Assembly: GCA_019326865.1 (NCBI GenBank)
Contig: GCA_019326865.1_4101.1
Length of the DNA: 64,000 nt
Source: a phage
Reading direction: 5' to 3' (one strand)
Below are positions 28,094 to 37,943 of the stretch, one piece after another; positions within the stretch are counted from its first letter, which is position 1; the number at the start of each line of letters is the position of its first letter. The position numbers and the translations under genes were made by a program. Under the pieces are notes generated by a model. That model was not told the origin of the DNA and searched no databases. It saw only the letters and a program-made list of their open reading frames with translations.

Positions 28094-28519
28094 GCAGTTT
28101 ACAAATCTTTACAATTGCCGGTATTGACTTAAAATGTCAGTACTGGCATAATGTATCTATTGAAACGAACAATTTGGCCCACGGGGTGCGGGAGTGTATC
28201 TATAGAAAAAGTAGTTTAGTACAGTTACAATTGTGCACCCGGTGGGTTAGCTGTTGTCATGGGGTATATTATGCCAGTACTTGATAATGCTGTCAATACC
28301 TTTTTACTATTCAGTACTGAAAACTATTTGATAAAAAGTACTTGCAAACTATGTTTAAAGGCGTATAATGTTTTACATCAGGACGGGGAACGAAATAAGT
28401 AACTTCCCGTTAAGTAGCCCAGGAGTAAGGCATACGAAAAACTCCCCTGATAAAATAGTTTGACAATTGTTTTTAAAAGCGTATAATACTTACATCAACT
28501 ACTTAATGAGGGTTACAAA

Positions 28520-29131
28520 ATGAAAACTATCACTACTACTACTTATGTTATGGATTTTTCTGAATTAAACGCAGAACAAAAAACGTCAGCTATCGAACTG
28601 GTTCGGGAACGTGAAAAAAACTTAAACGACGATTATTTTTCTGAAAGTGAAATTGAATACTATAAAGAAACAGTACTACCGGAATATGGCATTAATGAAG
28701 CTGAAATACAATTCAGTGGTTTTTGGTCGCAGGGTGACGGTGCATCAATTAGTACTGACCACGTTGACGCAGTGAAGTTTTTACGTAAGGTAAGAGCATT
28801 AACTAAGTATCGCTCAATCCGTCACCTGCTGAATGAAGATGATTTGGCGATGAGTGTAAAGCGTTCTCACTCCCGCTACTCACATGAGAACACTGTAAGC
28901 GGGTACATTGAATCGGCTTACACTGATTTAACCGCAAAACAAGAAACGTTAGTTAATGGGCTTGAGGAACTGCTCACTGATACTATTCGTGAATTGTCAC
29001 GCAAGTTATACCGTGATTTAGAGAATGCATATGAGGATCAATTCACTACTGAAAACATCGTATCACTGATTGAGGGTAACGAATATCAATTCAATGTTAT
29101 TGATGGCGTAGTAGAATCAATTGCATATTAA
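28520..29131 (+). CDS. hypothetical protein (203 aa)
   Basis: ORF after promoter TTGACA..TATAAT. Confidence 0.65.
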   Translation: MKTITTTTYVMDFSELNAEQKTSAIELVREREKNLNDDYFSESEIEYYKETVLPEYGINEAEIQFSGFWSQGDGASISTDHVDAVKFLRKVRALTKYRSIRHLLNEDDLAMSVKRSHSRYSHENTVSGYIESAYTDLTAKQETLVNGLEELLTDTIRELSRKLYRDLENAYEDQFTTENIVSLIEGNEYQFNVIDGVVESIAY

Positions 29132-29138
29132 AAAGTAC

Positions 29139-29166
29139 TTGCAAACTAAGTTTAAAAGCGTATAAT
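29139..29166 (+). promoter_or_regulatory. early-type promoter TTGCAA -16- TATAAT + leader hairpin gggggaatggttcccc
   Basis: Read from sequence. Confidence 0.6.
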
Positions 29167-29222
29167 ACTTTATATCGAGGCGGGGGAATGGTTCCCCTGC
29201 TCAAACAAACGAGGATTTAAAA

Positions 29223-29462
29223 ATGGCTAGTACTAAAACTTACAACGGACACAAAAACAAAACTCATTGGAATGTTTCATTGTGGATTAATAACGATGAA
29301 TCATTATACCGGATTGCTCAAAATTGCATCGCTCAAAGTAAAACGAAAGATATTGCAGCGGAATTTATGTACCGCAGATTAAAAGCCAACGGTACTACTA
29401 CAACGCCGGACGGATTCAAGTATAGCACTACGGCGATCCGTGCTGCAATGGTTGGAATGTAA
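29223..29462 (+). CDS. hypothetical protein, paralog of 27187 gene
   Basis: High identity to 27187..27426. Confidence 0.7.
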   Translation: MASTKTYNGHKNKTHWNVSLWINNDESLYRIAQNCIAQSKTKDIAAEFMYRRLKANGTTTTPDGFKYSTTAIRAAMVGM

Positions 29463-29518
29463 CATTCAGTACTGAATCAATGGCGGGTGTGGTTCCCGCC
29501 TTTACTGAGGATTATCTA

Positions 29519-29800
29519 ATGAGTAAAGTAATTAACTATACAGTACTAAGCAAGTCATTATCTATTAGCCAGTGCACCGATGGTTTTTGGCTGTACGATG
29601 AAACGCGTGGCATGAATTTAGCTATGCAGGAGAAAACTGCTGATGCGGCATATCTTAAAGCACTGGAATACTACCAGAAGCGTTTAACGGAAGTAGAAAA
29701 CGATTATAATAACCTTAAAGCGAAAGTGGATAATTTCGTTGGTCAATTCGTTGACGATGACGAGGGGCACTACTGCGACCGTTGTGGATCTTACAGTTAA
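29519..29800 (+). CDS. hypothetical protein
   Basis: Start at MSKVINY with SD gagga. Confidence 0.55.
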   Translation: MSKVINYTVLSKSLSISQCTDGFWLYDETRGMNLAMQEKTADAAYLKALEYYQKRLTEVENDYNNLKAKVDNFVGQFVDDDEGHYCDRCGSYS

Positions 29801-29817
29801 GTACTAAGGATTATATA

Positions 29818-30021
29818 ATGAGTGATTTAATTGAACGTATCAAAGAGCTTGAAGAAAAAGAATTGCAGTTGATCGGTTTACAGAATAAAATCTATCATGA
29901 TTTGGGGAGTTTTATCAATGCGTGGGATAATGGCGATCCTGATGCGTTACCTGCTAACCGCCAGGCAATGATCAATGATGTGCGTGGTGTCTTTGAGTAT
30001 GTTTTAAAGCAATTAAATTAA
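29818..30021 (+). CDS. hypothetical protein
   Basis: Start at MSDLIERIK. Confidence 0.55.
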   Translation: MSDLIERIKELEEKELQLIGLQNKIYHDLGSFINAWDNGDPDALPANRQAMINDVRGVFEYVLKQLN

Positions 30022-30031
30022 AAAAAAGTAC

Positions 30032-30059
30032 TTGCAATTAGTTTTTAGTACTGTATAAT
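30032..30059 (+). promoter_or_regulatory. early-type promoter TTGCAA -16- TATAAT + leader hairpin ggggagaaatggttctccc
   Basis: Read from sequence. Confidence 0.6.
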
Positions 30060-30109
30060 GTTTTACATAGAGGGGAGAAATGGTTCTCCCTGGTAATGAG
30101 GAAAATACA

Positions 30110-30331
30110 ATGGCTAATATCACTACTCTTTCTCAACTGGAAGCACTGGTTAAATCTATGCGGGAACATGCCGACAAAATCGGCGTAAAAGATCCAGCCG
30201 TTTGCTTCTGCGACGAAATGAATGATGATACATTGGTAATAGCAGAAGTTCAGGACGTTTCTAACTATTCATCGCGTTACACTGGCGGCGTAGCAAATAA
30301 AGGTGACTTCTGTTTATACCTTACCAAATAA
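30110..30331 (+). CDS. hypothetical protein
   Basis: Start at MANITTL; track start 30080 lies inside leader hairpin. Confidence 0.6.
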   Translation: MANITTLSQLEALVKSMREHADKIGVKDPAVCFCDEMNDDTLVIAEVQDVSNYSSRYTGGVANKGDFCLYLTK

Positions 30332-30574
30332 CAACGCGGGGAGATAATAACTCCCCGTTACTTTTTCAGTACTGAATAATTTAATAGACGGATCTATGCA
30401 CCCAGTGGGTTAGTGACTGTTTCGTCTTTATGTAGTAATTATGCCAGTACTGGATGCACTTGTCAACAACTATTTTTCAAATACTTTTTATTAAAATACT
30501 TGCAATTAGTTTTTAAACGCGTATAATGTTTTGCATAGGGGGAGCGGTTCCCCTGGTAACTAAGGAATAAGAAA

Positions 30575-30811
30575 ATGGTCGAACAAATCAAATCAACGTC
30601 TTCGAATGTAACGGGAACGGTAGCACACTTTACTTGTGATGAATCGCGGGGCGTTCCCTATTGTGCTGTACATGTAAACACTGAGGGTAACTACTGGTTT
30701 ACGGTTTACGGATCATATTCATTTGGACGGCCAGGGCATCAAAAAATTCTGGATAAAGTACAACCAACGGGTAAAAATATCACTGCCGAAATGTTTTATA
30801 AAAACAAATAA
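30575..30811 (+). CDS. hypothetical protein
   Basis: Promoter cassette upstream. Confidence 0.6.
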   Translation: MVEQIKSTSSNVTGTVAHFTCDESRGVPYCAVHVNTEGNYWFTVYGSYSFGRPGHQKILDKVQPTGKNITAEMFYKNK

Positions 30812-30905
30812 AAGTACTTGATAATAGTTTGACTATGTATTACAGTACTGTATAATAGATACATAAGGGGCGAATAGTTTGCCCCTAGTACAAAGGGGAA
30901 ACATT

Positions 30906-31136
30906 ATGCCAGGCCGAATAGTTTTACTTAACGCTGGAAGTACTACACAACTCCTTAACGCCGTGTATTATGATATTGAAACGAGCGTCAATCTTATCAG
31001 TACTGTAGTATTGTTGGACACTGGAAAGGTCGCAAATGATAAAGCGATTGCAGGTATACTAACGGATCTTAAACCAGGTTGCAGTACTCCAATAACTTTA
31101 AATGATAAAGTGTTTAATATTTTACTAACTGATTAA
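30906..31136 (+). CDS. hypothetical protein
   Basis: Start after leader hairpin ggggcgaatagtttgcccc. Confidence 0.55.
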   Translation: MPGRIVLLNAGSTTQLLNAVYYDIETSVNLISTVVLLDTGKVANDKAIAGILTDLKPGCSTPITLNDKVFNILLTD

Positions 31137-31143
31137 GTACATA

Positions 31144-31165
31144 GCCCACCTGGTGGGCTTTTTTG
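31144..31165 (+). terminator. terminator gcccac-ctg-gtgggc + T-run
   Basis: GC stem then tttttt. Confidence 0.6.
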
Positions 31166-31360
31166 TTTTTGTAGTACTGCATACTTTGAAAATAGTTTTA
31201 AAAAAGTAGTTGACATTACCGCAAAAAGGCGTAGAATGTATTACATCAAGACGGGGAGCACTAAGTAGACCGCCAGTAAGTCGAACGAAAAACTGGACAC
31301 GTCGAGAAAACTTTGATACACTAACTAACATAAACTAAACTTTAATTGAGGATTTATAAA

Positions 31361-31843
31361 ATGGCTAATGTAAAATCATTTCTGAAAGCACTGATTTCTA
31401 ACGATACTGCTATTGCTGCTGAATTGCTGGCGGATCTGGATAGCGATACCATGAAAGCGGTACGCAACAATTTTAACATTGCGTACAGTGAAGCTAAAGA
31501 ACTGCAAGCCAAAAAGATAGCAGAACTGGAAGAACAGAAAAAAGCCCGTGAAGAAGAATTACAAGCAACAATTGAAAGTATTCAGGCGGCGGTTGCAGGG
31601 TTGGATCTGGAAGTAGTTATTGAAATGGCACATAAAGCCCTGGCAGTTAAGTACGGTGAAGATAAGCCAGTATCTAAACCTAAAAAATGGATTCAGGAAC
31701 GCGTAACGGTTGTTCTTGATAATGGCGAGGAACATTTAATTCCCGTGCGTGGTAACTGCATTGCGGTAGTTCTGGATGCTATCAAAGAAAGCGGATTGAC
31801 TCGCGAGGAATGGATCGAAGCTCACCGCAAGATTGAAGCATAA
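31361..31843 (+). CDS. hypothetical protein (160 aa), charged/helical
   Basis: Start MANVKSF. Confidence 0.65.
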   Translation: MANVKSFLKALISNDTAIAAELLADLDSDTMKAVRNNFNIAYSEAKELQAKKIAELEEQKKAREEELQATIESIQAAVAGLDLEVVIEMAHKALAVKYGEDKPVSKPKKWIQERVTVVLDNGEEHLIPVRGNCIAVVLDAIKESGLTREEWIEAHRKIEA

Positions 31844-31864
31844 CAATTAAAGTACTGAATCACT

Positions 31865-31892
31865 AGCCCACTTCTTATAGTGGGCTTTTTTG
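31865..31892 (+). terminator. terminator agcccac..gtgggct + T-run
   Basis: Stem-loop then tttttt. Confidence 0.6.
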
Positions 31893-32107
31893 TGTTTATC
31901 GTTTACCAGTCCACTAGCACCGCCTAGAATCGATTCTAACGCATTAAACTGGTCGCCCTAGCTGGTGGCATTAATGCCGTTAGAACGCGATTGAGGACGT
32001 TTAAAGTATTTTTGCAAAAAGTAATAAAAAGTACTTGCACGATTAAGAGATTAGAGTATAATTAATTACATCAAGACAAGACACCTTAACTAACTGAGGA
32101 TATAAAG

Positions 32108-32260
32108 ATGAATACTTATGAACTGGATTGTTTTACTTTACAAGTAATGTCAGTATGCAGTAAAAAAGATTGGTCATCAAAGGAATTTAAAGCAGTTATT
32201 GCGTGTGCAAAACACGGCAAGACTATCAATGAAACGGCATCAATCATTGATAAACTTTAA
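32108..32260 (+). CDS. hypothetical small protein (50 aa)
   Basis: Short ORF after promoter, SD gagga. Confidence 0.4.
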   Translation: MNTYELDCFTLQVMSVCSKKDWSSKEFKAVIACAKHGKTINETASIIDKL

Positions 32261-32331
32261 AAAATAGTTTGACAATAGTTTTAAGTACTGCGATAATACA
32301 TACATCAACTACTGAATAGGAATAAAAAACA

Positions 32332-32559
32332 ATGGCTATCGTAATCACTCGCGTAACTGGTACTACTGGCACTGCTTCAAATGTTGCTGTAATTACTAAT
32401 AAGAAAGGTGCAGAATTACATTTTGCAATGGATAAATGGGCCGTTAATGAGTTTGGTCAGTGGGCAAGTGTAGCATACATTGAAACCTATCAAGTGCCAT
32501 CGATTAGCTTAACTGATTTAGGTGTAGAACGTATCCTTTGCCTGGATGAATTAAATTAA
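32332..32559 (+). CDS. hypothetical protein
   Basis: Starts ATGGCT after promoter. Confidence 0.6.
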   Translation: MAIVITRVTGTTGTASNVAVITNKKGAELHFAMDKWAVNEFGQWASVAYIETYQVPSISLTDLGVERILCLDELN

Positions 32560-32645
32560 AAAAGTACTTGCAAAGTAAATCGAATAAAGTATAATACATT
32601 ACATCAAGGGGAGAAAATGGTTCTCCCCACTAAGAGGAAACTAAT

Positions 32646-32789
32646 ATGAAAACTTGTCAATGTGGTAAAAAATCTATTACTGGTTTGAAACGGGGCGTTG
32701 CACTTTGCCAGTACCATTATAATTTACAAGTATGGGGTAAAGAATGGGCCGATCAGGTGGAAGCAATAAAGAAAGCAAAAAGTAAGTAA
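32646..32789 (+). CDS. hypothetical small Cys-containing protein (47 aa)
   Basis: Short ORF after promoter + hairpin. Confidence 0.4.
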   Translation: MKTCQCGKKSITGLKRGVALCQYHYNLQVWGKEWADQVEAIKKAKSK

Positions 32790-32869
32790 AAAATATTATC
32801 ACAGTACTATTGACATAGATTGATAGTACTGGCATAATAGATTTTATTAAAACAACTGAGGAAATTAAA

Positions 32870-33082
32870 ATGGCTATCATTACTAAAATCAAAGTAAACA
32901 AAACACTGGTTAAGCTGGAACAAGTGAAAGAAGGTTATAAAGTATCTTGGTGCGGTATGTATCGGACGTTCGCAGATGTAGACGATGCAATCAATTACTA
33001 CACTGACACGGTTAAAAACTTTGTTCGTGCTGATGTGGTTATGGCAGTGGCAACATATAAAGCATCAAAAGAAAGTAAGTAA
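32870..33082 (+). CDS. hypothetical protein, paralog of 35824 gene
   Basis: Identical promoter block upstream; N-terminus MAII. Confidence 0.6.
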   Translation: MAIITKIKVNKTLVKLEQVKEGYKVSWCGMYRTFADVDDAINYYTDTVKNFVRADVVMAVATYKASKESK

Positions 33083-33164
33083 AAATATTATCACAGTACT
33101 ATTGACATAGATTGATAGTACTGGCATAATAGATTTTATCAAGACAACTAAGAGGAAATTAAAA

Positions 33165-33509
33165 ATGGCTAACATCAATACTATAGCAGCACAAAATATC
33201 AACCTGTCTTCTGTTGAAGTTGTACACATTGCCGCCCGGCGTTGGTTCCAGGCGTCTTATGGTAATACGTATTTCTCTTTAACGGTAGATGTTGAAATCA
33301 ATGGCGAATTTATTGAAGTAGTAAACGTGCCGTTCCAATATGGCTACGGGGATCATTTTGACACTGTAGCAATGGAAGAATTTAGCAAGGTTATTAATAT
33401 GGAAGGTAAAGAGTTTTTACGCGGTTCTTATCTTTCCCGTTTTTGCCGTGATAATAATATCACTGTTTATAGTTCTGTTAGTGATGTTAAACGCAAAAAA
33501 GATCTTTAA
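33165..33509 (+). CDS. hypothetical protein, paralog of 39526 gene (C-terminal VKRKKD)
   Basis: Shared C-terminal motif. Confidence 0.6.
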   Translation: MANINTIAAQNINLSSVEVVHIAARRWFQASYGNTYFSLTVDVEINGEFIEVVNVPFQYGYGDHFDTVAMEEFSKVINMEGKEFLRGSYLSRFCRDNNITVYSSVSDVKRKKDL

Positions 33510-33589
33510 TTAGCTTTACTTTATGCAGATACTTTGATATAGTGTCTGCATAGGGGAAAGAAATTAAATCAACTTAAGAGGATAGTAAA

Positions 33590-33859
33590 ATGAAAAATAT
33601 CAGTACTTTAATCGATGCAGGTACACATGTTCGTCGGTCTATGGTTGCAACCAGTTCTACAAAACAAGTAGCGAGCGGTTATCTTGTATTTGTGCACGAT
33701 GGAAAACTCCTGGAACGTTCAATCAATTTTGATGTTAAAAACAATTGCCGTTTTATTATCTTTCGCCGTGAACAATACAAGATCGACATTCCAGCAAAGC
33801 CCATTAGCGGGGCGTACAACGTGCAATCATTGTTTGAGCGTCAACCATACACCTATTAA
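33590..33859 (+). CDS. hypothetical protein
   Basis: ORF with SD gagga. Confidence 0.55.
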   Translation: MKNISTLIDAGTHVRRSMVATSSTKQVASGYLVFVHDGKLLERSINFDVKNNCRFIIFRREQYKIDIPAKPISGAYNVQSLFERQPYTY

Positions 33860-33910
33860 TCAAAACATCGTTAGCGGTCGATTTAGGCCGCTTATACTGG
33901 GGATTATATA

Positions 33911-34183
33911 ATGAATACTAATCAAGTACTGAATGAGATTGAAAGCATCATTAAACCGATGAAGCGTACTGATGCAATGTTAACACCGGAAGAATGCCGC
34001 CTATATGAGCGTTATAGCGTCGAACAAGTCCAGGAAATGGCTATGGCTATCCCTGCCGTTCAACAGCCTGAGAATGCGTCACAGGACGTTACAGGGGATT
34101 ATAACATCAATCCAGTACTAGGGAAGATTACACCAATTACCGAAGAAGAAAAAGACTACTTAAGCCAGTACTTAAAAGGTTAA
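33911..34183 (+). CDS. hypothetical protein
   Basis: ORF. Confidence 0.55.
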   Translation: MNTNQVLNEIESIIKPMKRTDAMLTPEECRLYERYSVEQVQEMAMAIPAVQQPENASQDVTGDYNINPVLGKITPITEEEKDYLSQYLKG

Positions 34184-34188
34184 TTAAT

Positions 34189-34398
34189 ATGCTTACTGTA
34201 CAGGATAAGATCGACATCTTAAAGGTTAATATGTATGTGATTGATGCAGATCCTGAAAAAGTATTTGCATACGATGATTCTAATCGTAGTCCTTTTTATT
34301 GTAGTCATGTAGTTGGATATGTGCCGTTATCGTATGTTATCGAAAGAGTGGTTGATTCAGCATACAAACATTTTTTAGAAAATAGTACTTGCAATTAG
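34189..34398 (+). CDS. hypothetical protein
   Basis: ORF. Confidence 0.5.
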   Translation: MLTVQDKIDILKVNMYVIDADPEKVFAYDDSNRSPFYCSHVVGYVPLSYVIERVVDSAYKHFLENSTCN

Positions 34399-34466
34399 TT
34401 TTTAGTACTGTATAATGTTTTACATGAAGGGGGGAAATGATTCTCCCCAATAACAGGAGAAACAAA

Positions 34467-34619
34467 ATGAAACAATACAACGCTCGGTTTGATGTTACTA
34501 TCGGCAACGGCAAAGGTCAATTCTCTTTCAGTGCTCGTAAGAGTTATACAGAAAACTTCTTGCGTAATTGTGCACTGACCGCCGCACAAATTAAACATTA
34601 TTTTCAGGCTAAAAAATGA
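34467..34619 (+). CDS. hypothetical small protein (50 aa)
   Basis: Start after leader hairpin, SD aggag. Confidence 0.45.
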   Translation: MKQYNARFDVTIGNGKGQFSFSARKSYTENFLRNCALTAAQIKHYFQAKK

Positions 34620-34850
34620 AATCATTAGCTTATTATAGCTCGGCCCTGGTCGGTGCATTGATCGCGGCATTGTTAGTAGCTTATCTATTCTTTATGGTGA
34701 TTTAAATGAATCCTAACGGTATAATTTACAGTACTCCTAAAACTAAAGCAGATAAAGCGGAAGCACGTAAAGCGAAAGTAAAGGAGTACATCAAGCAAGG
34801 TATGACACGAAAGGCGGCGATTCTAAAAGCTAAAAATAAATGAAAAAAAG

Positions 34851-34940
34851 TGGTTGACTTCGGTCAGCCATTTTGCTATTATATATTCATTGAGAGATAG
34901 CTCACTAGCCCACAGGGTGCGGGAGTGTATCTATTATATA
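34851..34940 (+). repeat. ~90-bp repeat element copy 1 (hairpin ggttgacttcggtcagcc + ...tagcccacagggtgcgggagtgtatc...)
   Basis: Near-identical copies at 38578, 41587, 43870. Confidence 0.75.
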
Positions 34941-35065
34941 AGTATTGAGTACTGAAAACTATTTTAAAAGTACATGTATAAAGTACTTGCAAACTATCTC
35001 AATTGGCGTATAATGTTTTACATCGAGAGGGGAAACGGTTTCCCCTAGTAATAAGGAATAAAATC

Positions 35066-35407
35066 ATGACTATTGCAATTGTACAATCTAACTTTGAAAA
35101 TGAAATCATCGCCCAAGCACTGCGTTTAAATGATGGTCGGGCCGAAATTAATTACGGTTTCAATTCAGGCGGTTGTGAAAAATATCAGTACTTTATAACT
35201 GCTGATGGCGGTGTCCTGGGTATTAATACAGTTATTGTAAACATTCAGAAAATTAATTTCAATGATCCAGACGATAGCCAGTTTTACATTGTAGGCGTAG
35301 ACGTGAACTATGAGGATGACTCACTAACTGATGATTACACTGGCGAGAAGTTAGAAAGTGCATACGGTGAAGATGATTATCAGTCAGTACCGGAAGATTT
35401 TGAATAA
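35066..35407 (+). CDS. hypothetical acidic protein
   Basis: Start at MTIAIVQ after leader hairpin. Confidence 0.55.
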   Translation: MTIAIVQSNFENEIIAQALRLNDGRAEINYGFNSGGCEKYQYFITADGGVLGINTVIVNIQKINFNDPDDSQFYIVGVDVNYEDDSLTDDYTGEKLESAYGEDDYQSVPEDFE

Positions 35408-35531
35408 TATTAAAAAATAGTTTGACAATAGATTATAGTACTGTATAATAGTTTACATCAAGGGCGACGGGAAGTTTTAAAAACTTCCCTATAGGGAGAA
35501 TAGTTCTCCCCACTAACAGAGAGAAAACAAA

Positions 35532-35744
35532 ATGGCTAATATCTGCACTGTACTGAAAAATGCAAAACAAGTTTTATTTTCTGATCACGATCATTTAAAC
35601 AAGGATATTACTGGCGTTCGGAATATCAAAGATGTAAAACGTGTTATGGGTATCTATTGCAATATGAAACGTGTCGGCACGTTCGGTAATAAATTTCTAT
35701 ACCAGGCGGGGGATTACAATTTTACACTGACTATCATTAACTAA
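35532..35744 (+). CDS. hypothetical protein
   Basis: Promoter with two leader stem-loops upstream. Confidence 0.6.
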   Translation: MANICTVLKNAKQVLFSDHDHLNKDITGVRNIKDVKRVMGIYCNMKRVGTFGNKFLYQAGDYNFTLTIIN

Positions 35745-35823
35745 AAATATTATCACAGTACTATTGACATAGATTGATAGTACTGGCATAATAGATTTTA
35801 TTAAAACAACTGAGGAAATTAAA

Positions 35824-36003
35824 ATGGCTATCATCGCAAAAACTGAAATCATCGGCCTGGATTCTATCATCATGACGTTTGAAGATCAAAAAGGTATGTA
35901 TGTAGTTTCCTATGGTGATTATGTTCGGGAGTATGAAACGGTAGACGAAGCCTTTGAAAGTTACATTCGCCAGGTGAATAAAGCATACGACGATTACCGC
36001 TAA
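35824..36003 (+). CDS. hypothetical protein (59 aa), paralog of 32870 gene
   Basis: Same promoter block as 32790-32869. Confidence 0.5.
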   Translation: MAIIAKTEIIGLDSIIMTFEDQKGMYVVSYGDYVREYETVDEAFESYIRQVNKAYDDYR

Positions 36004-36104
36004 AATATATTACCAGTACTATCAAAGCTATTGACAACGTTTGATAGTACTGTATAATAAGTTTTATCAACTGTAGTTAACTTAACAAAAGAGAGAGAAA
36101 CAAA

Positions 36105-36248
36105 ATGATCGCACTGGATTCATTCATCGATGCAGTTCTGGCAAAAACTGGCGAGGATCTGACCGCAGAACAATACGCGATGATCGAGCAATGCCAGCAA
36201 GACGGTAAATCGGTGAAAGATACTGTTAAGATTATCCGCAAGATGTAA
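36105..36248 (+). CDS. hypothetical small protein (47 aa)
   Basis: After promoter with AGTACTATCAA inverted repeat around TTGACA. Confidence 0.4.
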   Translation: MIALDSFIDAVLAKTGEDLTAEQYAMIEQCQQDGKSVKDTVKIIRKM

Positions 36249-36354
36249 GATTATAAGCCCATTAGTTAACGCTGGTGGGCTTTAATCATTTACCCTATAC
36301 AATGCCAGTACTAAACCGTTTATCTCGTTAGAATGCATTACAGGACGTTTAACA

Positions 36355-36552
36355 ATGATTAGCATGAAATCAGTACAAAAACAAATAGAAACATTATCAA
36401 AAATTAAACGTAAACAGTACTCATTAGAATATAATATCAATGGTAACTATCATCTAATGAAAGAGAATAATTTTATCGTCATTGATGAATCATTGCAAAT
36501 TATTAGTATAGTACTGAAAGCATTAATTAATGATAGAAAAAGGTTAAAATAA
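36355..36552 (+). CDS. hypothetical protein
   Basis: ORF. Confidence 0.45.
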   Translation: MISMKSVQKQIETLSKIKRKQYSLEYNINGNYHLMKENNFIVIDESLQIISIVLKALINDRKRLK

Positions 36553-36809
36553 TGGCAGTAGGATTCGCGAAAGATGGAGCCGAGCAAGATGAGATTAACG
36601 CAGTTATTCAAGCCGCCGTTAACCACGCTAGAAAGCAAATTAACGCACAAATAGAATCACTGATACATTGCCTCGACTGCGGCGATAAAATCCCTGAGAA
36701 TCGCCGACAGGCTGTTAAGGGATGTAAGTACTGCATAACCTGCCAGGAAGATCATGATAGTACTTTTAAACGAGATCCGCGTAATTGTTGGCATAGATCT
36801 ATGAGATAA
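36552..36809 (+). CDS. TraR/DksA-like C4 zinc-finger protein
   Basis: C-x2-C-x13-C-x2-C-x2-C with IPENRR motif. Confidence 0.55.
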   Translation: MAVGFAKDGAEQDEINAVIQAAVNHARKQINAQIESLIHCLDCGDKIPENRRQAVKGCKYCITCQEDHDSTFKRDPRNCWHRSMR

Positions 36810-36873
36810 AAAGTAATTGACAGTACTGAAAGATAGTGTATAATGTTTTATATCTTAACTGAGGATAGAAATC

Positions 36874-37230
36874 ATGGGAATACAACATATCACGCTGACC
36901 ACTGACAATGGCGAGATCACTGGTTATCAAGTACAGGGCAAAGTAGCACAATTGCAGTACTGGTTTGTTAAACGTGGAATCATTGCACCGGATCTTGATT
37001 ATGACCGTGTAGCGTTTATTGATTCTCTTTATGTTGATCCTGAAAGTCGGGGCAATGGTGAAGGTAACGAATTAATGAATGCCTTTATTGATGCCGCCGA
37101 TGATTCAGATTGTATCATTTTAGAATGCGATACGGGAGAAGATAACGCCTTCAATCTTAAAGAATGGTATGAAGGTTTCGGATTCGAAGTACTGATCGAT
37201 AGTGAATATCCTATCATGATTTTATCATAG
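36874..37230 (+). CDS. hypothetical acidic protein
   Basis: ORF with SD gagga. Confidence 0.6.
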   Translation: MGIQHITLTTDNGEITGYQVQGKVAQLQYWFVKRGIIAPDLDYDRVAFIDSLYVDPESRGNGEGNELMNAFIDAADDSDCIILECDTGEDNAFNLKEWYEGFGFEVLIDSEYPIMILS

Positions 37231-37319
37231 TACTAAAAAAGTAATTGACAGTACTATCAGATAGTATATAATGTTTTACATAGAGGGGAAACATCTTCCC
37301 CTACTAAGAGGAAAGAAAA

Positions 37320-37508
37320 ATGGAAAACTTATCAAGTATTTTAGTACAAGATGATTTTGGTAATCCTGGAAGTGCTATCATTGTTCGGGGTAATAAAGCA
37401 ACGTTTGTTATTGCTGGTGGACCTGTACAGCGTAGCATTAAAAACAATGCTGTTACTATTAATAATGTACGCTATCGCTTAGATAAAGAATTGATTCATA
37501 AACTGTAA
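37320..37508 (+). CDS. hypothetical protein
   Basis: After promoter + hairpin ggggaaacatcttcccc. Confidence 0.55.
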   Translation: MENLSSILVQDDFGNPGSAIIVRGNKATFVIAGGPVQRSIKNNAVTINNVRYRLDKELIHKL

Positions 37509-37535
37509 TATTAATTTAATAGAGGATAACAATAA

Positions 37536-37859
37536 ATGTACATTCATACTACTATCACAAAGGAAGTCCGTTGCCAGTTCGAAAGTATTCCGGGCGTATG
37601 TTTCATCACTGGTACGTTTTCCCCTGGTGATCGTGATAATCCAGTACTGTTACAGTTACGCCATCCATTATGGGATAAAGCATTTGATCTACCGTTGAAT
37701 GAATTCGCAACTACTGCTGAAAAGTACATTAAAAATATTCGCGAGAATGATCGACTATTCATTAATGCTTTTAGTGATTCCGCGTTAAGCGAGATCCACG
37801 GCGTATTGGTTGCAATCATGGAATCAATGGAGAAAACTAAATTCAAACAAGGTGAATAA
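37536..37859 (+). CDS. hypothetical protein
   Basis: ORF with SD gagga. Confidence 0.6.
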   Translation: MYIHTTITKEVRCQFESIPGVCFITGTFSPGDRDNPVLLQLRHPLWDKAFDLPLNEFATTAEKYIKNIRENDRLFINAFSDSALSEIHGVLVAIMESMEKTKFKQGE

Positions 37860-37943
37860 AAACTATTGACAATGTAATCTAGTACTGTATAATAAGTTAC
37901 ATGAAGGGGAGAAATGATTCTCCCTACTAAGAGGAAAGAAAAA

